Origin: Fonticula alba ATCC 38817
Taxonomy: Eukaryota; Protista; Nucleariida
Direction: 5' to 3' (one strand)
NCBI GenBank assembly: GCA_000388065.2
Contig: KB932203.1
Length of the DNA: 55,294 nt
The notes under the pieces were generated by a model, which was not told where the DNA came from, searched no databases, and saw only the letters and a program-made list of their open reading frames with translations. Both the position numbers and the translations under genes were made by a program. Shown here piece by piece: positions 39,096-49,108 of this stretch (position 1 is the first letter of the stretch; every line of letters starts with the position of its first letter).

Positions 39096-41476
39096 CGGAC
39101 CACCCGGGACGCCCAGCTCCCCGGAAACCCCGGCAGACCCGGGCTCCGCGGACTCGCCGGGGCTCGGGTCTCCGGGACCTCGCACATGCAGGCCCACAGC
39201 CAGAACCAGATGCGAGTCGAAGAGAAGCAATCGCCCGGCCGACTCCACGGCGAAGGTATCCGGCGAAGCCAGCAACAGATTTGTGGCTAGCAGCAGGGTC
39301 GGCACGACATCCGGCAACCGCGGCATGGCCATCCCATCCAGGAGGGCTCCAGCCGCATCGACATCCAAAGGCCCGGACCCCGGGCCGCCGGTCGGGCCGC
39401 CGCTACTGCCACCGGCACCGCCGACCCCGGACAGCCGGGCAAAGGGAGACCGGATCAACGGGAACACCGACCCCGGTGAGGGAGACCCGCCCCAGCCGGA
39501 GGAGGGAGAAGGCGAGGACCCGGCGCCACCTGGCCCACCGATGCTCGACCCCCCGTCCGAGTCACTTCCAGCCGGGTGCCCTGTGGCGCGGGCGCCCGGA
39601 GCCCGGTACCCTGGCGAGCTGACCGTCGGGGATCGGGTGCTCGGCGGCCCGTGCCGATGCGGCCGCGCCGGGATATCCCACAAGTGCCTGCCATCCGGCA
39701 CCACAGTCAGCTCCATCTCCCGGAGAAGGAACTCATGCCCCGGGGTCAGCAGCGAGACATCCAGCTCGCCGCCATACAGCGGGGCATCCGGATCGAAGAA
39801 GGCCCCACTGGCTCCGGGCCAGCCGCTGCCGGCCATGGCTCCGCCGGCTCCGCCGGCGCCCCCACGGCGGGTTTTCGCCCGGCGCAGGGTCCCGCCACGA
39901 GTAGCCAGGGTGTCCGGCCCCCGGGAGGCCTCTGCCGCGCTGGCCGCCGCCGCGCTGGCACCGACCGCCGCCGCCGACGGAGTCTTTGGACTGGAGGCAC
40001 CCAGGCCAAAAAGCCGGCCCAACGACGCCGGGGCATTGGTGATCGGGGAAATGGCCGCCGAAATGACAGCCGAACGCTGGCGGCGGTGAGACCCGGTCGC
40101 GGCACTCGGCAAGTCCGGTGACACTAGCTGCGCCTTGGTCCGGGGACCCACCTCACCTGGCCGGCGCGGCCGGAAGGCCTGGAATTTGGTCGCCTGGATG
40201 GTCAGCGAGATGGCCCGGACAGACCCCTGCAAGGCAAAGAGATCCCGACGCAAGTTGTCAACATCACGCTCGAGCACTATGCCACCATGACAAGGGCGCA
40301 GGGTGAGCAGGGGGATGCGGATGCCCGGGTGTTAGTCGTGTACGCCTCGATGCTGAGCTCCGTGTAGAGGCGGGGAGGAGGGGGGGGGGAGGGACAATTG
40401 GCTGGGGAGGGAAGGAAAGACGCACTGCCCATCTCCTGCGAGGTGTACACGAACTCGCGATAGTGCCCGGAGACGCAGCTTTGGAGGCGGGTCACCGCCA
40501 GGGCCGAACTCGAGGACAGCTCCTTGAAGACACTCTCCACATCGGAGGAGAGGTGGTTGTACAGACGGTCCGAAATGACTGGCGGCCATTGTGCCCAAGG
40601 GGGAGGGCCAGGACAGGCAGGGAGTTAGCGGGATCGAGAAGGCGCGCAATGCCCCCATAACAGGGGGACACAAGAGGGAGCCCCGGCAGCCGTACATTGG
40701 TCCGCGTCGAAATGCGGGTCGCCAAATGTGTCGATGATCTCGCGCGGGAGGGCGAGCTCTGGCGGCTCGTCGCTGGTCGACGGCTCGGAAACCTGCGTGG
40801 CAGTCGTCCCCAGGGGGGGTGGGCGCTGTGCGGTCCCGGGAGCCGGCCGCGCCGGGTCAAGTCCGCTGCCGGGCGGCGTGCCGGCAAGACTCGACAATGA
40901 GGAAGTGGCCGTCGGGCGGATGGGCCTGGCGGCAGAGGCCTCGCCCCGGGGGCCGGCAGCGCCTCCAGCACCGACGGCGCTCATGCTGCCGATCGAGGCC
41001 AACGAAGAGGTGGACCCAGTGGCCGCGGCCGTGGCACCCGGGCGACCAGACGCGGTGGCTCCGGCACCGGGAGCCGGGCTAGAAAGGGAGGGCGATGTCT
41101 CACGCTTGTCGAAGGGATTGACCGCGGCCGGCCCCGGCGTGGAGGCACTGAGCCCTGGCCGGGGGGGAATCCGCGAGGGTGAGTCGAAAGGGTTGGTGTC
41201 ACGCGTGCTGACGCTCGATGGACGCCCTTGAGAGAAGCCCGACTCGACGACGTCGTCGTCATCATCATCGAAGGGGTTGGTGTCGCGCGCTCCCCCGCCA
41301 GTGGGACGGCCTGCCCCGCTGGGTGGCGAGTCGAAGGGATTGGTGTCGCGTGTGGAGCCCGTCCCGGGGCCCGGCCGAGTGGCGCCATCGCCAAAGGGAT
41401 TGGTGTCTCGGACATTGGAGCGCCCGGCTCCGGGCGCGTCCCTCCGATTGACAGTGTCGAAGGGGTTGAGCGACAT
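33130..41476 (-). CDS. EXO84: Exocyst complex subunit Exo84/EXOC8 (Vps51-like N-terminal coil, PH domain, Exo84 helical C-terminal region), about 11 exons
   Basis: The spliced N-terminal coil reads FDADQFISDRL..RLQSCVSGHYREFVYTSQEMGMLERDVDNLRRDL. PH-like strands LLREMEL, LLLFDSHLVLA and FSAPLSAV follow. Exo84-C-type motifs are VQNRLDDMAVAIAHRDFVEAYSHL, LHRHIALLRLLGRSD..ALERFLSRHG, YVDNLVTIF, LLRWVLQMLDSYIVLF and VAECIRI. Phase-consistent GT-AG introns were found at 40.7, 40.4, 34.0 and 33.8 kb. Confidence 0.85.
41105..41476 (-). repeat. Coding repeat array: six NPF motifs, four of them as RDTNPF(D/G)
   Basis: LNPFD, RDTNPFG, RDTNPFD (three times, one followed by DDDDD) and VNPFD are read directly from ORF 40625..41476. 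Confidence 0.95.
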
Positions 41477-42297
41477 CCGGCGGCGGCGGCGGCGGCAGCA
41501 GCAGCGGCAGCAGCGGCGGCGGCGGCGGCAACAGCCGGGGCAAAGGGGAGTAGGGAAGGAAAAAAAAGGCTGGAGGGCGGCGGAAGAGGAGGTAGAAGAG
41601 GGCGGAAGGGAGAGGAGGAGAGAAAGAGGAGAGAAAGGTATTGCCCAAGCACTCCAGCGTTGTGGCGCTCGGGCTGCTTTTCCTGTCGGCTGGCCGGCTT
41701 GCTGCCAAGGCCCGATCTAGCCCCCCTCCCGGTCCTGGGCCACAGACGAGGCCAAACAAGGGCAGGCCCGACCGGACGAGGCAAGGCCTGAGACACTTCC
41801 CGCGATGCCAGGAGCGGGTGCACACAGGCCCCGGCCCCGAGCGACCGGCCCATTGGAATGCCCCAACGGACGGGGCACCAGCGCACAGACACCTGGATGG
41901 GGTGCTTTAACTGGGCCCTTTCAAATTAAGGCCCAGCTCCGCCCATGTCCGCGGGCGCCTGATCGGCCGCGGGGGGGGGGGGCAGGAGAGAGCCGACGTC
42001 GAGCCCGGCTGTCTAGGCCCACGGCGGGGGCCGCCCAGTGCGAATTCGACGCGGGTGCTCCCACCATTGCTAGGGACTAGATTGCCGAGTGGTCCCCCCC
42101 CCCGCCCCCCGGTCCGGTCAATCACCGAGGGGGCCGAGACAGGAGGGGAGTTCCTCTTGTCCCCAGTGAAAACGACGCCCAGCGACAGAGGGCCCCAACG
42201 CGGAGCCGGCACCATCGGCCCCTTTCCCCTCTTTTGCTGTCTTCCTCTCTTCCCCGTCCCCTGCCCCCCCCCCCCCCCGCCCCCTTACCTCCACACC

Positions 42298-45200
42298 ATG
42301 ATGCATCGCCTTCCGCGGGCTTCGCGCGTACTTTCTGGGCCCGCCAGGGCGGCCCGCACCCTCATCGGCCCGGGCGCCGCACAGTGCGCCATTCGCGTAC
42401 GGCACCCTCACTCCCTCTTCTTTTTTTTTGCCTCCCTTGCCCCTGGGCCAGGAACTCGAGCACGCAAATACCCCTTCCTCTGACCTCCAGCTTTGTCGGT
42501 CGCGACATGGGATTCTCTCCTCTGCCGTAGGGGCTGGCCACCACGACCGCCGGGGCGCCAGCCGCGGGGTCCCTGCCCGCGTCGCACTTTGTCCCGGCCG
42601 ACCCGCGGGTCCTCCCTCGCGACGATTTGACCCCTCTCTGGAAGGCCCAGTCGCACCTGCCGCCGCTCCCCCTGCACCGGCTCGAGCAGTCCGTGCGCGG
42701 GGTGCTGAGCAATGTGGACGCCCTTCTCGGCCCGGCCGCCGTGGCCGAGGTCGTTGTGCGTATTCCCGCTTCCGCCCAGGCGCTTGCACCGGACGTGCCC
42801 TACCGACACAAGTACTGATCGAAGATGCAGCCCCTCGCCGAGACCTTCACCGATGAGGATGGCCTGGGGCCGGAGCTCCATGCGCGACTTGAACGCCTGG
42901 CTCAGACCGAGCCCGGGAACAATTGGTTCCTGCGCTTCTGGAACCAGCATGCCTACTTCCAGCCCCGGGCCTCGCTTCCCACCAATGTCAGCTACTTTTA
43001 CTCGTACACGGATGACCAATCCTTCCGGACCCCCCTGGCCCGGGCGGCCAGCCTCGCGCACCGTGCCCTCCAATTCCGCTGGGCTCTGGACCAGTGCGTA
43101 CCCTCGGTGCCCCTGACCCCGGGCCCCCGGGCCCCGCCTTGCTCCTGTGGCAGATTCCCCCCTCCGGAGGAGGGACTGTCCCTGTGCTGACTGGCCTCTG
43201 CCCCTTACCTCCTCGCCCACCGCTGGCACACTCTCCGTCCCCCGGCCCCGGTGTCCGCCATCACAGGAAGCTTTATCCGGCGGAGTATACGCGCGATGGC
43301 AAGCCCCTGTGCATGCTGCAGTTCCACCACCTGCTCAATAGCTGCCGCATTCCGCGCCCCGGAGCTGACACCTTTGTGCAGCGTGACCGCGCGGTGCCAG
43401 GCAACCACCTTGGGCTGGTGGTTTTGCGCGGGGGCCACGTCTTCCACCTGGACCTCATCTGCCCAGATACCGGGGTTATGTTCCCCGAGTCGACCCTGGC
43501 CAAGTATGTCTCAGCCCCGGGCCTTCCGTCTGGGGGAGTAGGGAAAAAAAAAAGAGACACCACCACATCACTGCCATGACTTTGCAAGTGCTGACTCCCC
43601 GGGCCGCACCTCCTCCCCAACCGCAGATCGCTCGAGACCATCACCGAGCGCGCCGGCCAACTGGGCCCGGCCAAGTATCCCATCGGCCTGCTGACGGCCA
43701 TCGACCGGGACCAAAGCGCGAAGGTACACACACGCCCACGAACCACCGTCTCTTCACCGGCCTATGCGCTGTTCTTTTGCTGACATCCCGCCACCGCTGC
43801 CAATCAACCAGGGGCTCGACCTCCTGGAGCAAGCTTCACCCAAAAATGCCGCGCACCTGGCGTGCGTGCGGAATGCCGCATTGGTGCTTTGCCTCGATGA
43901 TACATCTCCCGACACGCCGGACCAGGTGTGTCGGGAAATCTGGCACAGCGACGGCCGGAACCGCTTCTACGATCACAGCGTCCAGATCATCTGCTTCGCC
44001 AATGGCAAGGCCGGCCATATCAACGAGGTGCGCTGGCCTGCTCCCGGCGAGCATCCCCTACAAGGACCCTGTCCCTCTGGCAGTGGCACCCGCCATGGCG
44101 TGCCGCGAGTGCTCCCGCATTCACATACGCACATATATGGGGCCATATACCTAACTGCATGCACCATGGCAAACATATTCACACATACACACGCACACAC
44201 ACGCACGTATACATGCATGCACACTTGCATCCATCCATACACGCACACGCGCCGCCATCCCTCCTGCAGCACTCCCTGGCCGATGGCTCGACCTCTATCC
44301 GCGTGGCCGAAGCCGCCACCGGACGCGGACAGGGCGCCGATCGACTGAATGAGGCCCAGGCGCTGGGCTTCGACCCGACCGGGGCGACATCCGGCACTCT
44401 GGCCACCAGCTCCCTGCGGGCTCCCCGGCATCTGGACTTCGATCTGACCGACGACCTGCGCGCACAAATCACCACCGCGGCGACGGCCGTGCGGGAGGAC
44501 GCCGGGCGCCGGGACATGCGGCAGTTCGACTTCCGGGGCTTCGGCTCGGCGCACATCAGCAAGCGCCTGCACCAGAGTCCGGATGCCTTTGTGCAGATGG
44601 CCATGCAGCTGGCCTACCGGCGTCTGCATGGCATGGCCTGCTCCACATACGAGACCGGCCAAACGCGTCTCTTCGCCGGTGGCCGGACCGAAGCCATCCG
44701 CACGGTCAGCCACGAGTCGGTCATGTGGACGACGGCCATGATGGATGACACCTTCAATGTGCGTGCCACCGCTGCCGCTGCCGCCGCCGCCGCCGCCGCC
44801 GATTTGGCCCCTGACCCTCTTTCCTCTCGCTTGCCCTTTTTCTCCCCTTACCCCACCTTGGCCGAGCCAGCCCGAGGTCCGGGCATACCTCCTGGATAAT
44901 GCCCTCCGTAGGCATGCTACCACCACCCGGGCCGTGGTCGAGGGCTCCGGCTTTGATCGGCACCTTTCGGGTCCGTACTGCGCCACTGGCTCCGGCCATC
45001 TTCACCTGTCTGATCGCCCTTTGCTCGGCCCTACACTAGTCCCCCCTGGCCGATCGTGCCTCGGGGGGGGGGGGGGGGGGCAATGAACAGGAAGGAAAAC
45101 ACATCACGCAGGCTACCCCGACACTAACGTGCAACACACATTGGACATTTACTTTCACACACACACACACACAGCACTCAAGTATGTGCTCGAGCCTGGT

Positions 45201-45482
45201 GAGACGGACCCCTTCCTGGAGAGCGCCATCCTGGATGCCTCGCGGCAGTGGACCCTGTCTACCTCGCAGCTGGTTAGCCCAGCTGTTAATGGCTACGGCT
45301 GGGGCCAGGTTTGCGACCAGGGGTATGGCATCCCGTACCTGGTGCAGGCGGACTCGCTTCGCTTCAGTGTGGCCTGTCTGTCGGGCTACGCCCGTGCGGC
45401 CGACATGAATGAGGCCATCGGCGCCGCGCTCGAGGACATGAACCAGCTCCTGTTGGCACACCCGCCCCCGGCGCGGGTGTGA
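42298..45482 (+). CDS. CAT2: Carnitine O-acetyltransferase (choline/carnitine acyltransferase family, fungal Cat2-like), about 9 exons
   Basis: Family motifs are LPPLPLHRLEQSV, NWFLRFWNQHAY..RASLPTNVS, PLCMLQFHHLLNSCRIP, IGLLTAIDRD, NRFYDHS, catalytic E|HSLADG (His codon at 44270), SPDAFVQMAMQLAY, STYETGQTRLFAGGRTE, GSGFDRHL, WTLSTSQ and GYGWGQV..GYG. Stop TGA at 45480-45482. Confidence 0.93.
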
Positions 45483-45918
45483 GGCCGGGCCCCACCGTTG
45501 GCATCTGCGCCATGAATACACCACAGCGACATCCGGTCCGGTCATTTGTACCTACCTCCCCCTGGCAGGGCCTTTGTTCCCGGTCACAAGCGGGGCGAGA
45601 CGGAGCGGGTTCTTTGCGTGCGGCAACGAATGAGCATGCACTGTGCGTTGGGCGCGATCTGCCAACTGCTCGAGGGTGCAGGGCCTGGGGGGGCCCACCT
45701 CAACGATCGGACACACGCGATCGGCCAGCCGGCGGATATACATTCCTTGCGAAGACTCTTCGGGGGGTGCTTGACAAGGGGCCGAGGCCCGGGCCCGGCC
45801 GCAGTGAGCTCTCCTCTCGCCCTCTCCCGCCCTCCTTCCGCCCCTCCGTCGGTCTTCCGCATTCAGCCCTCGCGCGCGACACCCATACACAATCGGCATC
45901 CCTGCCTCCCTGCCGGCC

Positions 45919-48900
45919 ATGGGCACACCCAAATCGGTTCTGCTCCGCCGCCAGCGAGCCGCCCTGCGGCCGCCCACCGGCAACGCGGATGAAGCGCCAA
46001 CCATCTCTGGCCCGGCACCCCCTGCGACCTCAGCCGCTGTCCCGTGCGGTGCCCCGCTGGTTTCGACTCGGCACCTTCTGGCTGCTGTCCTGCTCCTGCG
46101 CTTGGCGCAGGCTCTTCTCCAACGAACAGCCTTCAGCCCGGACGAGTTCTGGCAGTCCCTCGAGCCGGCCTACTTCCTCGCCTTTGGATATCCTTGCTTG
46201 TGCCACACCTCCCCCCCCCCCCCCGGCAGTTCTTTATCCCGAGCCTCCCCTCGCTCCCTTCCCTCCCCCCCGTTGAATGAGCGCGTGACACGACCGCCCC
46301 GAGCCGATGTCGATACGATGTCTGGGCAGGAGAAGCAGGCAAGGCAAGGCAAGGCAAGGCAACCCCCCATATGGCGGGCCCTGTGGCTTCAGATGCGCGC
46401 AACATTCAGCGCCTCGAAGACTGGCAGAGCTCCCGGAGGCCAGTAGGCAGGATGTCGTCACTCATCCTGCCCACGCCATATGGTGGCTCGCCATTCGCCC
46501 CCCCCCCCCTTCCCTCTTGCTTGACATCGTGCGATGCGAGAGGCGAGCCGACATCCGCTCGCCTCCGCCGCTCGCAGGAAAGAGAGTCCGACCCACCCGA
46601 TGCACCGCTGCCCACTCGCCGCCTCGCCCGCCAGACAAATCCCCGGTTGTTGCCTTGACTCCCCTGCTTGACCCCCCCCCCTCTCCTGGAACCCCACACA
46701 TCGGGCAATTTGACCTGGGAGTGGACAGCCACGCGCCTACGTGGCTGGCTTCACCCGGGCCTCTTCGCCTGCGTGTACTTTCTACTTGGGAAACTCGGCC
46801 TCGAGGGCACGCGCCTTCTGGTACGCTTCTCTCCTTGTGCCCAGAGAAGATGTCGATGTGGTGCTAACCACCGGCGGATGCCCTGCGAGCAGATCCTCGG
46901 CCCCCGGCTCCTGCAGGGTCTCATCGCCTTTGCCACGGACATGGCCACTTGGCGCCTTGGGAGTCGCCTTTTCTCCCGGGCCGCAGGACGTTGGGCGGTG
47001 CGCCGGTTGCCTGACCTGCCTGCTTGCCCCCTCTGCCACCCCCCTCCGCCCCGCCCTCCCCTACTGCACGTCCTGACACGAGCCCGTGCGATGGCGCACA
47101 CCCGGCCAGCTTCTCTTCTCGGTTGGACTCTGGTTCAATGGCTATGCCCTCACCCGGACCCTGGGGAACTCGCTGGAGACGTGTCTGCTCGCGTGGGCCC
47201 TGGCCCTGTGGCCTTGCGCCCAGACTCCGGCCCGTGGGACTCGCTATGTGCCGGGCTTGGCGCTGGCTGCCCTGGCGGCGGCCGTCCGTCCCACGGCCCT
47301 GGTCTACTGCCTGCCGCTGGGGCTGGTGGAGCTGGCTAGTCTCGTGTCCACGGCACGAGGCGGTCTTTCGGCCAAACGACGCCTGGCCGTTGGCTGGGTA
47401 CTGCTGTGTACCCTGGTCGGGTGCGATATATGGCCAGTGCTTGTGCTGTTTCCCCCCCCCCCCCCCCCCCACCTCCCCTCCCTCGGCCCCTCGGGGAGTG
47501 CGCACATGTGAGCCCGCCTGCTGACCATAGCCATTCGCGTCTGCCTCCCCCTGCCGGACCCACACACGCGCACACACCGCTGCCCAGCATGACGGTCTTC
47601 GCGCTGAACGCCCAGCTTGACCGGCGGCTGTATGCCCTGGCGGCCGAGCACTTCCTCGGACCGGGCGAGGCAGCCGCCGGGCTGGCGCAGCTTTGGTCTT
47701 GGAGGCCGACGCTGCTGAACTTCCTGCGCTTCAACTTCACCCTCTCGCTGTCCTCCTTTTACGGGGTCCACGGGTGGCTGTGGTATTGGACTGAGGGCAT
47801 AACCGTGGTGGTGGGCGTGTGGCTGGTGCCCCTTGCGGCCGGTGTCGCCGGTGCCCTGGCCCGCCCTCCGGGAGACCCGTTTGCCCGGCGCATTGGCTGG
47901 CTCCTGACGCCGGCGATTTTCTTTGTGGTCGTACATTCGCTGCTTGCACATAAGGAGCACCGGTGCGTCGGGTGGTGCATGCCGGACCGGTGGCACGCGA
48001 AGGGCGCGGCAAGCGGCCAGGGGAGGGACACGGAGACCGGGAGCGCACGCGCCGCAGATCCAAGATGCTGACCGCTTGCCCAGCTTCATTCTCCCCGTGG
48101 TGCCGGCCTGTCTGGCGGTGGCCGGAGCCGGCATGGAACGCCTGGTCGACGGCCTGGCCCCGGGACCCGTGCTCGCCCACAGCGAGGCAACATCCCCGGC
48201 GCCACGGTCGCGCTTCCTGGCCGGCGGCTTGGTGATGGCCGGCCTCCTGGCCAACCTGCTGGCCTTCCTCTTTTTCGGCTTCATTCACCAGGCCGCCCCG
48301 ATCGGAGCCAGTCTCTTCCTCCGACGCATGGCTCCTGGCAGGTGCGCTCCTCCGGGGTGTGCGCTACAACGAGAGTCCAGAGGAGGGGGGGCGGGGGGGG
48401 CGAGGGACTGAAAGGCCGCCGGGGAGGGCATGCTGCCGCTTGAGTCCTGCGCTCCGGAAACTAACCCACCCATCGGTCGGGCCCCCTTTACACAGTGAGG
48501 GCATCCTCATGCTGACTCCCTGCCATCTGACACCGCTGGCATCGTACCTGGGCGACATGCGCGGCACGCCCGTGCGCTTCACCACCTGCGAGCCGCCCCT
48601 GCCGGAGGAAGCCCTGTCACCGGACTTCGTGGCCTCCCTCCGCCGCCGGGCGGCCATGGATGTCCCCGGCTCGCGGGCGCCCCTGCGCGGCTCCACCTCC
48701 CCATATGCCGATGCCCCGGGGAACATCTTCGTCACCGTGGCCGCAGGGGCCGGGTACCGTCCCGAGACGGATCTCCTCTTCTCGGCCGGCAGTTCGGCCG
48801 AGACCCTGCAGACGGCCACCTCCCTGATGGAGGCCGAAGTTTTCGCCGGTCGCAAGCCCTCCTTCGTTGTCCTGTACGAGGGGCTCCTCCGGCGCCTGGG

Positions 48901-49108
48901 CCAGCTGGACCCGGCCCTACTCGAGGGCTATGAGTTGGTGCGTGTGCTCAACGCGGTGGCGCTGGTCTGCCCTCGGGCCCGCAGCATGGTGGCTTGTGAT
49001 TCTGACACACGTGCCCGCCAGTGTGCTGAATTCTCCGACGGCCCGGTCCGGGTGGATTCGCGCTACGAAGGTCAGCTTCTGATTCTCTGTCGTGATGTGG
49101 CGGAATGA
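45919..49108 (+). CDS. PIGB: GPI alpha-1,2-mannosyltransferase III (PIG-B/Gpi10), 7 exons
   Basis: Conserved motifs are RTAFSPDEFWQSLEP, GNLTWEW..RLRGWLHP, PRLLQG, RTLGNSLET, VRPTA, NFLRFN..FYGVHGWLWYWTEG, HSLLAHKEHRFILPV, GFIHQ and LMLTPCHLTP. Introns 2-6 are GT-AG and intron 1 is AT-AC. Confidence 0.93.
46188..46699 (+). other. U12-type (minor spliceosome) AT-AC intron in PIGB
   Basis: The 5' end is ATATCCTTGC (U12 consensus RTATCCTT). A branch-like CCTTGAC lies at 46653-46659, a second CTTGAC at 46667-46672, and the 3' end is ...CCACAC. Phase-2 splicing gives AFG-S-GNLTWEW, the same length as human VFN-Y-GYLTWEW. I found no GT-AG pair near these boundaries that restores the frame. Confidence 0.88.

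Noticed and set aside
45480-45635. Stop-codon read-through extension of the carnitine acetyltransferase
   Set aside because: The context is TGA-GGC, not the TGA-CTA read-through motif, and the extension does not end in a PTS1.
46188-46446. Continuation of ORF 45919..46446 past FLAFG (YPCLCHTSPPPP...)
   Set aside because: It has no PIGB similarity and contains a poly-C run and (GGCAA)n. It is the start of the U12 intron.
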